A stretch of 64,000 bases of DNA from Nitrospirota bacterium. Lineage in GTDB: Bacteria > Nitrospirota > Thermodesulfovibrionia > Thermodesulfovibrionales > Dissulfurispiraceae. Both the position numbers and the translations under genes were made by a program. The DNA is taken from the NCBI GenBank assembly GCA_015233655.1, contig JADFXI010000002.1, forward strand, positions 2,903 to 66,902, read 5' to 3'. The notes beneath the pieces are model-generated. The model did not search any database and was not told the origin of the DNA. It saw only the letters and a list, made by a program, of their open reading frames with translations. Below are positions 17,181 through 26,832 of this stretch, piece after piece (position 1 is the stretch's first letter; the number at the start of each line of letters is the position of its first letter).

Positions 17181-19794
17181 AAAGACGTTAGTGGAACTTG
17201 GCTTGGATGGAGTGAGATTTGATTCTGTTAGGGACGTCAACAGGTTATTCACAACGCTGCCGTCTTTTGGCAGTATGCTACCGTATAGGAGCTTCGACGA
17301 AGGGCATAAAGTGTTTATTCTGGGGGATTTCTCCAAAAAAGAGAGATATGTCGGCGCCATGTGGGAATACACTCCATTTGTACATGAGGCAAACAGCCTC
17401 GACGGACAAAAACTCGCAATAGCGAATCTGATGGAAATGGCCCTCCTACAAATACCTGAGGGTTATGCATTTCAATTCATTATTGTGTCGGACCGAAATG
17501 TCAGTTCGTTTCTTCCTCTCCCCTCCAATGCAGTTGGTGACCCTGAGGCAGACGCATCGGAAATGGGAGAGGCCACTGCCATTAACACTTTATATAACGA
17601 GCAGGTGATGTTTTTGCATACCAGTTCCAAGAGCGGGCTATGGGGCGGGAAAAGTGTTTTCCCGCGGACGATGAGGTTTTACATAACGGTCTTTCATGTG
17701 CCGCGAAAAATTACGCTGGGAGAAAGATCAGTAAGCGCCATTGAAAGAGTAGAGCTGGAATCAACTACTATGGACATCAGTAAGAAAATAAATGTCTTCA
17801 GCAGCAATATAACTGTATTTGAGTCCATGATGAAAAACAATGGCTTCGGTTTGCGCAGATGCGAAGCCGGAGACCTCATAGGCTATTTTCACCAACACTT
17901 GCACAAGAATATGTTTAAGGACGGACTGGGTGCACCAGAATACATACCCCAAATAGATTTAAGCCGGCAGCTATTCAGGACATTTTTATATACAGGCGAT
18001 ACTTTTGTATATTCAGATGGGCATTATTACAGGACCAGTGCAGCGACAAATGCACCGCAGTATACCGTGCCGGGTATCATGTATAAGCTTATGGAAGTGC
18101 CTGGAGACATTCAGATATGCCTGACCGGTTTTGTTGAAGTCCAGGACAAAGAAAAGAACGCACTAAAATGGAAAGGGAACTTTGCGTCTTATGGGCTGAT
18201 GAATCCTTTTGGCAGAGAGGACAATGACAATTCAGCCATAGCAGCGGATGTAGACACAATCGAAAAGGACATGCTTGCCGGCAAAAAAGTGTTCCATTTT
18301 TCTTTTTACGTTACTAATGCGGGCGAAACATGCGAGACTGCAAATACGTATGTGCAAAAAGTTAAGGCTAAAATTGCGGATATGGAAATACCTATGCTTG
18401 CGGACAATATTATCGCCCAAAGTCTTTTTAAGAATTCTCTTCCTTTTCATTACGCTGCTCTTGAAAATAGCAGTCATCTATATCGTACATTTAAACTTCC
18501 CTCACACTCTTTTGCTCAAATGGTCCCGGCGACCGGCGCCTGGCTCGGCACGCGAAACCCCGGACTGATCGGGCTATCGCGGACATGCGAACCGGTGTAT
18601 CTCGATTTTTTTGATGGGGCGGTGCCGCATTTTATTATATCCGGAGAAACCGGAACAGGCAAAAGCGCCCTGCTGAATATGCTGGCAATAAGATTTTTGA
18701 AAAGGGGCGACAGGTTTTTTATCATTGACATGATGGGCTCTTACAAGAAACTCTGCTCTCTGGTCGGCGGTGAGTATATATCGTTTAACCTAAATAACCC
18801 TGTATCTTATAATCCATTTGACTGCGCACTCGACAAGGAGCGTATCCTGCTGCTGTCCAACTTCCTTGCGTCGATCATGACGAGGAAGAATGAGGAATTG
18901 GCCCAGTCTGATATAGCGTTGATTGACAAGGCCATTGAATTCACATACGAAAAACTCGGGCACTACAACAGGACACCTGAATTAGAAGATTTCAACAATG
19001 TGCTGAAATCTCATTTTGGCGAAAAAGGGCAGTCTCTTTCAGAGCGACTGGCATTTTACGTCGGTAAAGGAAAATACGCGAACTTCTTCAGGAGGTCTTC
19101 ATTCAATGTGAATAATCATTTCATAGTATTTGATATTGGAGAGCTTAAAGAGTCTCCCGATCTAATGCGGGCAATGCTTTTCAACATCATGCTGGTTATA
19201 GGGGAGCAGGTTAGAAAATTGGTAGGGCGTAAATGGCTTCCAATTGATGAGGCGCATCGAATATTCATTGAATCCGTTGGGGCCGATTTTGTTGACAGTG
19301 CGTTCAGGACGTATCGGCATTACAATACCGCAGTGGGAGTAATGACTCAAAAGGTCTCGGACCTTCTGAAAGCCGGCAAAGTTGGAGAGGTCTGTCTTTC
19401 CCAGGCGAACGTCCAGATCTATTTCAGACAGCCGAGCCTGAGCGTGCTTGATGCTATGGGGTACCTGGGGCTCTCGGAACCTGATGCGTATACGACTGAA
19501 AATTTGAAAAGCATGATGGGGTTTTATAGCGAGGCATTAATTCATATAAAGAGACTGAGAGCAGGAGGCTCGGGTAAAGGCGTAATCAGGTTCATGTCCA
19601 CGCCGCTCAATTATGCCACGTTCACGACCGACCCGCCTGACAAAGAGGCATATGCAGTAATCAGGAAGCAAATACGGGAAAACATGCCTGCGGCAGAGGA
19701 AGCCGATGTCGAAAAGGAAACGACGAGAATCTTTGCCAAGACATACCCTCATGGCGTGTCAGCAGGCTTAATAAACGCAGCCGATATTTGGTAG
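17143..19794 (+). CDS. traC: TraC/VirB4-family T4SS ATPase
   Basis: 883 aa, F-TraC-like in size. Walker A ISGETGTGKSALLN and Walker B WLPIDEAHRIF. An alternative start is ATG 17170. Confidence 0.85.
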   Translation: MSDTLTGDVMSLEKTLVELGLDGVRFDSVRDVNRLFTTLPSFGSMLPYRSFDEGHKVFILGDFSKKERYVGAMWEYTPFVHEANSLDGQKLAIANLMEMALLQIPEGYAFQFIIVSDRNVSSFLPLPSNAVGDPEADASEMGEATAINTLYNEQVMFLHTSSKSGLWGGKSVFPRTMRFYITVFHVPRKITLGERSVSAIERVELESTTMDISKKINVFSSNITVFESMMKNNGFGLRRCEAGDLIGYFHQHLHKNMFKDGLGAPEYIPQIDLSRQLFRTFLYTGDTFVYSDGHYYRTSAATNAPQYTVPGIMYKLMEVPGDIQICLTGFVEVQDKEKNALKWKGNFASYGLMNPFGREDNDNSAIAADVDTIEKDMLAGKKVFHFSFYVTNAGETCETANTYVQKVKAKIADMEIPMLADNIIAQSLFKNSLPFHYAALENSSHLYRTFKLPSHSFAQMVPATGAWLGTRNPGLIGLSRTCEPVYLDFFDGAVPHFIISGETGTGKSALLNMLAIRFLKRGDRFFIIDMMGSYKKLCSLVGGEYISFNLNNPVSYNPFDCALDKERILLLSNFLASIMTRKNEELAQSDIALIDKAIEFTYEKLGHYNRTPELEDFNNVLKSHFGEKGQSLSERLAFYVGKGKYANFFRRSSFNVNNHFIVFDIGELKESPDLMRAMLFNIMLVIGEQVRKLVGRKWLPIDEAHRIFIESVGADFVDSAFRTYRHYNTAVGVMTQKVSDLLKAGKVGEVCLSQANVQIYFRQPSLSVLDAMGYLGLSEPDAYTTENLKSMMGFYSEALIHIKRLRAGGSGKGVIRFMSTPLNYATFTTDPPDKEAYAVIRKQIRENMPAAEEADVEKETTRIFAKTYPHGVSAGLINAADIW

Positions 19795-19805
19795 ATAATC
19801 TATTA

Positions 19806-20156
19806 TTAGAAATCAGGAAACATCTTGAGATGAATGGGTCTTCCATCTCCGGTTGCTGCACGCGCGGTGAGTATGCCTCCTTCGATGTAATTCAAATTAA
19901 AACCGCTGTATCCCCTGGATATAAGGCTCTTCGCGTCTGCAGGACAACCGCTTTCACAGCCTGCTATGCCACGGATCATTTGCAAAATCAATCCGTTTAT
20001 ATCGAGGGACACGATATCGGTTCCCTTTGAAGCAGCCAACTGATCAATTTGGGCAATGATGCCCTTAAGATCAGGTTTAAAGGGTTCTGCAATCGGTATT
20101 GTTATAGAAGCGCCATCAATAACTGTTTCTAAAACCATTAAATCCTCCAGTTTCAA
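19806..20156 (-). CDS. hypothetical protein with GCESGCP cysteine motif
   Basis: 116 aa and the only opposite-strand ORF inside the transfer block. IRGIAGCESGCPADAK suggests a metal or redox site. No family assigned. Confidence 0.4.
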   Translation of the reverse strand: MKLEDLMVLETVIDGASITIPIAEPFKPDLKGIIAQIDQLAASKGTDIVSLDINGLILQMIRGIAGCESGCPADAKSLISRGYSGFNLNYIEGGILTARAATGDGRPIHLKMFPDF

Positions 20157-20253
20157 TAATTATAACATTATGATTATCGCAACATCCATATAGTATAAAT
20201 TACCGAACTGAAAATAAAAATACGAAAGTAATATATATAGAGAGAAGTGACTG

Positions 20254-21765
20254 ATGCGTGACGAAAAGCAATTAAAACGAACAATACTTCAACAGCTTTC
20301 ACCGGCGCTTGTTTTCAGTGATCTATCGCCTTACAAAGATGCCGGGAAATTCGTGTGCATATGTCCCAGGTGCGGCGAATATACGCTTATAGCCGAGTCC
20401 GGTTCAGACCAGGGGAGATGCACCGGGCAAGCATGCACCTATAATACTAATTTTTGGGACTATATAAAAGATAGAGATAAGCTTGATGACAGAGAAACTT
20501 TGGAAAGACTGGCAGAAATAGCCGGGGTCCCTCTAAACGGGCAGAAGACACTGGCGGATGTGTTCATGCTGTTTTTTAAGTCGTCCCAGGCTTTTCTCAT
20601 GAGTGAAGCAGGCCCGGCTGTTTCAGCTAGATTCTTTCTGCATGAAAGGGGCTTTGCCGTTGATGCCATAGCTGAATTTGGGTTTTGCCTGCATCCCGGA
20701 GACTTGTCTTTGAAACAGCTTATGAAAAAACATTATGTTCCTGATATCCTGCTGATAAAGAGCGGTCTCGTGGACATGCCAGAAAGCGAAAACAAGTTGC
20801 TGCTGCCTTTAAAGGATAAAAGCGCCAGAATAGCGGGATTTGTCGTTATCCCCACAAGCAGGGACAAAGAGACCGAACATGATGTGTACCTGCACAACTT
20901 CGGAAGAGGAGGCCATATTTTCAGCGAACACCTGGCGCATAGAGAGATAAATAAGACCCGGATAGCCATAATCGCCGCCAGTGCCATGGAGGTATGTTAT
21001 CTCCACACTAAGGGTTATAAAAACGCATTGTCTATAGATGGAGATACCGTCCAGGACATACATGTTGACTATTTGCTGAAATTCGGTGCAAAGAATGTGC
21101 TGCTGTGCAGAAAAGACCGCGCAAACTGCATTAGAAATTCAGCGATAAATATATTTAAAAGGGGTATTGATGTTTTCAAGGTCCCTCTTCCTGACACCGT
21201 AGGCGCAGCCCTATATGTGGAATTAAGGGGAACGAATGACTTCAACGAAATAATACGGAAGGCCGAACCCGTGTGGAAATGGATAGCTTCAACACTTGTT
21301 GCTGATTTAAGAAAGGAATTTCATCACGTGCATGAAACTGTTTTGATAGATGAGGCAGTGTCCAAAGCTGAAGAGATGGTCAATTTATTGAGAGGATCAC
21401 TGTATCTTAATGACTTCCTCGGAGAATTATCCGATGAACTAAAGATTCCGGTGAGCAGCCTCGCCAAGATATTCAGGTCAGAGCCGCACGAAATAAAATT
21501 TGAGAGCATGAAAGACGATTTGAATGACCTGGTTCACAGTTTTTCGATCGAGGTTGCCGGCTATCTTGAAAATTATAGGATTGACATTGTTCAGGACAGG
21601 GCGTCACAGCTTCTGTACGGCTGCCCTTTGCCCAGAAACACGCAGGGAAGCACGTTTAAAGAATTTCTAAGGGCAATTATAGAGAGATCGAAGAGACTCG
21701 ATTACAGAGGGATAGAGAATCTGCTTAGAAGCAAGACGAATCCCGAAAAAAAATGGGGCCGGTAG
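20254..21765 (+). CDS. zinc-ribbon protein, possible Toprim/primase-like
   Basis: 503 aa with an N-terminal CICPRCGEYT...CTGQAC zinc ribbon. The central IAIIAASAMEVCYLH...SIDGDT is weakly Toprim-like. Its position upstream of the T4CP matches plasmid primases. Confidence 0.35.
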   Translation: MRDEKQLKRTILQQLSPALVFSDLSPYKDAGKFVCICPRCGEYTLIAESGSDQGRCTGQACTYNTNFWDYIKDRDKLDDRETLERLAEIAGVPLNGQKTLADVFMLFFKSSQAFLMSEAGPAVSARFFLHERGFAVDAIAEFGFCLHPGDLSLKQLMKKHYVPDILLIKSGLVDMPESENKLLLPLKDKSARIAGFVVIPTSRDKETEHDVYLHNFGRGGHIFSEHLAHREINKTRIAIIAASAMEVCYLHTKGYKNALSIDGDTVQDIHVDYLLKFGAKNVLLCRKDRANCIRNSAINIFKRGIDVFKVPLPDTVGAALYVELRGTNDFNEIIRKAEPVWKWIASTLVADLRKEFHHVHETVLIDEAVSKAEEMVNLLRGSLYLNDFLGELSDELKIPVSSLAKIFRSEPHEIKFESMKDDLNDLVHSFSIEVAGYLENYRIDIVQDRASQLLYGCPLPRNTQGSTFKEFLRAIIERSKRLDYRGIENLLRSKTNPEKKWGR

Positions 21766-23768
21766 TGGCACTGTCGGATATTGAGCGTGTGATAAACAAA
21801 GGATTCCTTTCAGGCCTGGCTGAATCAATTAAGAGAACGGTCAGCTTGCATGTAAGTCCAAGTCAGGTCCTGGTGCTTATTTTTTTGGTCCTTCTCGTGA
21901 TTGTTTTCATTGTCTTGTTTTTTGTGACAATTTATTCGCGCGGAAGAGTTCGCATAAAAGACAATCCGGCCACTTCAGGCCGCTTTGCCAGTCACCGGGA
22001 AATATTGTCCAGACTCACTATCCCGGGCAAAGCGCGCCTTTATGCCATATTCGGAGCGGGCGGTAGTGTGATTTTTTATGTGTTTGGCATGGTGCCCTAT
22101 TACCTTTTGCATCACCGGATCACGGTATCTCCGGCCATTGCTGTTATGTCTTTTGCAACATCTTTAGGACTCACGCACGTTCTTATTAAAGAATCCCGTA
22201 TTATCGAGAGAAAAACTGGGGATGATAATTTTTTTCAGATTGGCGCTTACAGGGGCAGGCGAATAGGGATAAACAAGAAGAGGAGGCAAGAAGGGATATT
22301 AATTCCAGGGCCTCCAGGTTCAGGAAAAACATCGAGTTTTATGATTACCAATATCATTAATGATTCTCTGAGCGACTGCTCCGTTTTCTGCGTCGACGTC
22401 AAGCCTGACGAGGACATTGTGGATATAGTGGGCAATTCATGGTGGGCGAGGGGAAGAAAGGTTATAAATTTTGATCCCTACAAATGGAAAATGCACTTCA
22501 ACCCTCTAATGATGATCGAAAGTGATTTTTCGAGTCAGAAGACGCATGACGCAGTCAAAGAGATTATCAATGCGCTGTTTGGGAGCTATTTTGCGATGGT
22601 CGGAGAAGTGAAACCTGATACGGACCATTTCATAGGCAGGGAATACCGTTTAATTTGGGCCGTTATAATGGCGGTTCTCAAAATGCCGGCGGAATACAGA
22701 AATCTTAATACAGTGCTCGATGCCGTCAAGCTCCCTCCGGATGAACTGACCAGGTTTATTGCAAGCACTGGAGACAGGAATGTGATTGACGAGTTCAGAT
22801 TTTTTGCCGATACAACTTCGCAAGAGAGAGTCAATGCAATGCAAGGCCTGTATCGAAAGCTTCAGTTTATGGATGGTCCGACCCTGCGGCAGGCACTTAT
22901 ACGGAATGATTTTGATATAGAAATATTCTTTAACGAGCCTTGTCTTTTTGTTGTAAAAGCGGAGATGCACAGGGACGATATGAAGGTCATGGCGAGCATG
23001 ATCGCACGTCTTCTAATGCTGCGTGACTACGAAAAAGCGGCTGAGGCCAATAGGAAGGGGGTAAAGCCCCGCCCTGCATGGTTTTATCTTGACGAATTTG
23101 CTCGCCTGAATTTGCCGAAAGTCGATGAATTCGCAGCGACCGGAAGGTCTTCAGAAGCTGGCCTGACCATCTACGTTCAGGACAAGTCGGACATCGAAGG
23201 TATCATGAAAAAAATGAAATCCGGCAGCGCCCAGTCTTTTATATCATCACTGCGGACAATTATCGTGCTGCCCGGATGCTCCTACGAAATGTGCCAGGAA
23301 ATATCGCTGTGGCTAGGGGAAACATCATTTAATTCTCCCATGAAGAGCAGGGGAGTTTTCGACTTTATTTCTTTCAGATATTATGAAAAAGCAGAGAAGG
23401 CCCCGCTGATAACCGCAGATAATATCCATTATATGGATGAAAACATGTGCCTGGTGCTGACAAAAGGAATCAGGCCTTTTTTTGCCAAACAAATCCCCTA
23501 CTATAAGGACGGGAAATACAAAAACCTGCTGAATAAGCCATTCACATTTTACATGCCGGAGAGCACTAAGGATATTAAAAAAGGTGAGATAGCAGATTTA
23601 TTGAAAGAACGGGCTGCCGATGTGCAGGGATACATGAAGAAGATCGAGAAGGCAGAAAGCAGGACGATAACCGAAGCCGCCCGTGATGAAAGAGCAACGG
23701 CCCAGTCCGAAAGGGCCGCCCAAATAGGTGCTTTGCAGGAAACCGAATTCCCGATGGACAGTCTATGA
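21753..23768 (+). CDS. type IV coupling protein (TraD/VirD4/TraG family)
   Basis: N-terminal TM helices. Walker A LIPGPPGSGKTSS and Walker B FYLDEFARL. 671 aa. Confidence 0.8.
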   Translation: MGPVVALSDIERVINKGFLSGLAESIKRTVSLHVSPSQVLVLIFLVLLVIVFIVLFFVTIYSRGRVRIKDNPATSGRFASHREILSRLTIPGKARLYAIFGAGGSVIFYVFGMVPYYLLHHRITVSPAIAVMSFATSLGLTHVLIKESRIIERKTGDDNFFQIGAYRGRRIGINKKRRQEGILIPGPPGSGKTSSFMITNIINDSLSDCSVFCVDVKPDEDIVDIVGNSWWARGRKVINFDPYKWKMHFNPLMMIESDFSSQKTHDAVKEIINALFGSYFAMVGEVKPDTDHFIGREYRLIWAVIMAVLKMPAEYRNLNTVLDAVKLPPDELTRFIASTGDRNVIDEFRFFADTTSQERVNAMQGLYRKLQFMDGPTLRQALIRNDFDIEIFFNEPCLFVVKAEMHRDDMKVMASMIARLLMLRDYEKAAEANRKGVKPRPAWFYLDEFARLNLPKVDEFAATGRSSEAGLTIYVQDKSDIEGIMKKMKSGSAQSFISSLRTIIVLPGCSYEMCQEISLWLGETSFNSPMKSRGVFDFISFRYYEKAEKAPLITADNIHYMDENMCLVLTKGIRPFFAKQIPYYKDGKYKNLLNKPFTFYMPESTKDIKKGEIADLLKERAADVQGYMKKIEKAESRTITEAARDERATAQSERAAQIGALQETEFPMDSL

Positions 23769-24553
23769 GAATAGAGAAGATAACAGAGCGCGATTATGAA
23801 ATATTGAAGCATCTTTCGTATGGGCCAAGCAATATTCTTTCAATAGGGAAGAAGTTTTTTCTTCGACGGGATGCTTCAAAAGAATTTTCCAAATATACTT
23901 GGCGGCGGCTCTTGCAACTGCAGAACGCCGGACTCATACAGTGCAAGAAAGTCGACAGACATGACAGCCCTATCGTTGTTCTGCAGAAGGCAGGAGCATA
24001 TGAGGTAGCCTTGAGATACGGGCTTGAAATCGAAAATATACGCTGTGTGTTTCCCAAGACGATTGAACTCATGCACGACCTGATGGTTGCATCCACTATG
24101 CGCAAGATGGTCGAAGAGGCCGAGATACATAATCTTTATAAAATAGAATATATCCATACGGAGTATTTCACGCGTAAAGTATTCGGAAGGCAGATAAAGA
24201 AGAAAGGTGAGAAAAAAAACGTTTATTTCCCCGACTTCAGAATTCGGATAGTGCCCTATCAAGGCGAGGCATATACTTTTGATGTCGAAATAGACGCAGC
24301 CAGCATGGGCAGGTCAATGGTATTCGATAAAATATCATCTTTCAGAAATAATGTGCTTCTGGTGGTCCCTAACGGCGAGCGCCTGAGAAGGATATTTCAG
24401 TATTTACAGAACGACATGGGTAGAAAGCAGGCAATCCTTCCACCTGTCTCCTTTGTACTGTGGTCTCACTTTATTTCCAATGGGTGCAGATTCAGCGAAG
24501 TAATACAGTTTCCGTCGGGTGACAGAGGGGTTTTACCGATTTCGATGAAATAG
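23765..24553 (+). CDS. Replic_Relax (replication-relaxation) family protein, candidate non-canonical relaxase
   Basis: N-terminal winged-helix-like ITERDYEILKHL...WRRLLQLQNAGLIQ, then LMHDLMVAST and PDF...DVEID blocks as in PF13814-type proteins. It overlaps the T4CP stop. Confidence 0.5.
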   Translation: MRIEKITERDYEILKHLSYGPSNILSIGKKFFLRRDASKEFSKYTWRRLLQLQNAGLIQCKKVDRHDSPIVVLQKAGAYEVALRYGLEIENIRCVFPKTIELMHDLMVASTMRKMVEEAEIHNLYKIEYIHTEYFTRKVFGRQIKKKGEKKNVYFPDFRIRIVPYQGEAYTFDVEIDAASMGRSMVFDKISSFRNNVLLVVPNGERLRRIFQYLQNDMGRKQAILPPVSFVLWSHFISNGCRFSEVIQFPSGDRGVLPISMK

Positions 24554-24563
24554 ATTCCAAACA

Positions 24564-25481
24564 ATGTCCGGAGGTCATATGTTGAGAAAAATAGCATTGC
24601 TAGTCTTATCAATTATTATTGTATCCGTAGTATGCGTACAAGCTGAAGATGTCAGAGTGAAGGGCCGGGTTAAATCAAAGAATGCCGGAGCCGTCAGCAA
24701 AGATGAGAATGCCGTCGAGGCGCATTCCGACCCGAAGACCCCGGCAGAGTTTCAGGAAATTGACGATCTCGCACGAGACATTAAGCAAACACTCACGATT
24801 CTGCAGAGGGACATCGAAAAAATACTGGCCGGGATGCGGAGCGTCGCTGCGAGAAAAAGCACCCTTGAGTCGGAGAAAACGACAATCGAGATGCTGACAG
24901 TGCAAGGCGATTCCAAAAATCAGAGCATAGCAGTGCTGTCGTCGGAGATAAAAAACCTCGCCGGGCAGATTGATGACTATGGTGCGCTATACAGGCAGAA
25001 AGACGGCGAGTTCAAGGGCCTTTCAGTCAAATTGAATGACCTTGACATAAAGAGAAAGGGGTTAAGCGAACTGCGAGCAGTCACTGGCGCTTTTAAGAAC
25101 GCTGATGCAGATACCGGGGCATTGAAATTGTCTGCGGATGACGAAGCTGTAAAGTCCATCCATAAGAGGATCGACGATGTTCTTTCTGATGCGAAGGCGG
25201 CACAAGGAAAAGCTGTTGGGTCCTTGGTGGGTCTGAACAGTCCAGGTGGTGTGAGCGGGTTAAACAATGTCCCAAAATGGATACTGGAGAAAATCAAGGC
25301 GAAAGGCAGAAAGATGGAGACCTCATACGGAGATATGGTTGTGGCTAAGGACGGCGGCGTTACAGTCATATCGGTAAAGAAGGAAAACGATGCGAGGTTT
25401 AGGAGCGCCTACGAGAAAATGATAAAGGAGAGTTATGAGGCAGATGGTATTGAATATTTTGTTCTAGGCTCAGGGTCTTAA
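24564..25481 (+). CDS. secreted coiled-coil protein
   Basis: Has a signal peptide (LLVLSIIIVSVVCVQA) and a long heptad-like charged region. No motif. Confidence 0.4.
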   Translation: MSGGHMLRKIALLVLSIIIVSVVCVQAEDVRVKGRVKSKNAGAVSKDENAVEAHSDPKTPAEFQEIDDLARDIKQTLTILQRDIEKILAGMRSVAARKSTLESEKTTIEMLTVQGDSKNQSIAVLSSEIKNLAGQIDDYGALYRQKDGEFKGLSVKLNDLDIKRKGLSELRAVTGAFKNADADTGALKLSADDEAVKSIHKRIDDVLSDAKAAQGKAVGSLVGLNSPGGVSGLNNVPKWILEKIKAKGRKMETSYGDMVVAKDGGVTVISVKKENDARFRSAYEKMIKESYEADGIEYFVLGSGS

Positions 25482-25489
25482 AGCCTACG

Positions 25490-26311
25490 TTATTTCAGAT
25501 ACTTGCCGAGGAACTTTAATGTTCTGTCCCAACTGTCATTTGCGACATTTGCATCGTAGGTGCCGGTATTCGCAAATTTGTTTGTGGCTTTGCCCTTTGT
25601 TTCTCTCTCAAAACGATGTTCAGAGCCATCATAAATTTTCAATTCATACGGGGTGTTTTTCTTATCCAGGATCTCAGCCAGTCTCTCCGCCTGCTGCACG
25701 GGAACTGTTGTGTCATTACTTCCGTGCAGAATTAATACCGGCGCACTGTCTTTTGTGAAAATGCTCGTGAGTGGATACTTTAAATCAAGATTTTTGCCTC
25801 CTCCGGAGATCGCCCCGTAGTAGGATACCCCGGCCTGCACAGACCCTTTGGCAGCTAAAACCAGGGCCCAATATCCTCCCATGGAAAATCCCACGGCCCC
25901 GATTTTTTCCGCCCTTATTCGTGGATTTGTCTTCAAATAATTAATCTCACTTGTGAAGTCGTCGAAAGTGTTATCCGCATACTTAGTTGTTGACAGGGCT
26001 CTCGATCCCTCACCTATGCCGTATGCATCAAAATAATAAGGAACCAGGCATGCAAAGCCGTAGTTTGCAAGCTGTTTAGCAAATGCTATATCGGCGCTCT
26101 GGACACTGCCTGACGTGTGCAATACCAACACTGCTGGAAAGGGGCCGTTGCCGTCAGGAAGAATAAGGTCGGCCTTAACATTTTTGCTCGGTCCTAACCC
26201 GCTTATTTCAGTCATCTCCAAAGCAAAGGATTGAGAGACTATCAGCATCAATGCACCTAAAAAAATGAATATTGCTGTGTTGATATGTCTAATAGAAAAC
26301 TTGGTGTTCAT
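25490..26311 (-). CDS. dienelactone hydrolase family alpha/beta hydrolase
   Basis: Has a signal peptide. Nucleophile elbow GAVGFSMGG and a C-terminal LILHGSNDTTVP and GSEHRF. Confidence 0.75.
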   Translation of the reverse strand: MNTKFSIRHINTAIFIFLGALMLIVSQSFALEMTEISGLGPSKNVKADLILPDGNGPFPAVLVLHTSGSVQSADIAFAKQLANYGFACLVPYYFDAYGIGEGSRALSTTKYADNTFDDFTSEINYLKTNPRIRAEKIGAVGFSMGGYWALVLAAKGSVQAGVSYYGAISGGGKNLDLKYPLTSIFTKDSAPVLILHGSNDTTVPVQQAERLAEILDKKNTPYELKIYDGSEHRFERETKGKATNKFANTGTYDANVANDSWDRTLKFLGKYLK

Positions 26312-26370
26312 TTCTTCAATTCTACCTCATTCGGGCTCTGCATTGTAAGGAGAGAGAGTATTAATCATTC

Positions 26371-26832
26371 TTACTTCCACATCCTTGGGTCAAAACTGAA
26401 ATTCTCCGGCTGGCCGATTGTTATTTTGCGGAAGTCGGGGTGGACGGGATTAAGTATAAGGTTGTACTCCGCGGGAATGATAACGGAGGGGACGCGAAGG
26501 ATCGAAGATATACCAGCCCGTACCCAATCATCCCCTACGGTCTTGGTTGATTCAGGGTGTTTTACCGCCCTCCAGTCAAGAGGCAGAGAAGATGGGAAAA
26601 GGGTGAGGATATGAACCTTAGAGGGTATGTCCAGAGGATAAGCGTAAAATGCCTCACCATTTTCCACCCGGGACAGTCCCACAAACATTTCCAGGGCTGC
26701 CAGTGACAAGTGCTCTGCTGCATACACTACAGATGTCCCTCTTGAATTCCATCGGCCTCCAATAATTCTCGGTCCCTCGCCGGCGAACGCTTCAGGCGCA
26801 AAAACTTTCTTGATCAACCGCCACGCCCTCAT
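26371..26832 (-). CDS. RES-domain toxin
   Basis: GGRWNSRGTSVVYAAEHLSLAALE plus downstream E and S positions of the RES domain. It overlaps the Xre-like partner. Confidence 0.8.
   Translation of the reverse strand: MRAWRLIKKVFAPEAFAGEGPRIIGGRWNSRGTSVVYAAEHLSLAALEMFVGLSRVENGEAFYAYPLDIPSKVHILTLFPSSLPLDWRAVKHPESTKTVGDDWVRAGISSILRVPSVIIPAEYNLILNPVHPDFRKITIGQPENFSFDPRMWK

Larger units (their letters stand above)
3117..24553 (+). mobile_element. putative conjugative transfer module (T4P-like plus F/G-type T4SS-like genes); element boundaries not determinable
   Basis: Almost all genes are on one strand and tightly packed or overlapping. The block contains TraC/VirB4, a T4CP, TraU-, TraH-, TraG_N- and TrbB-like genes, a lytic transglycosylase and a Replic_Relax protein. 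No integrase or att site was seen. Confidence 0.55.
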
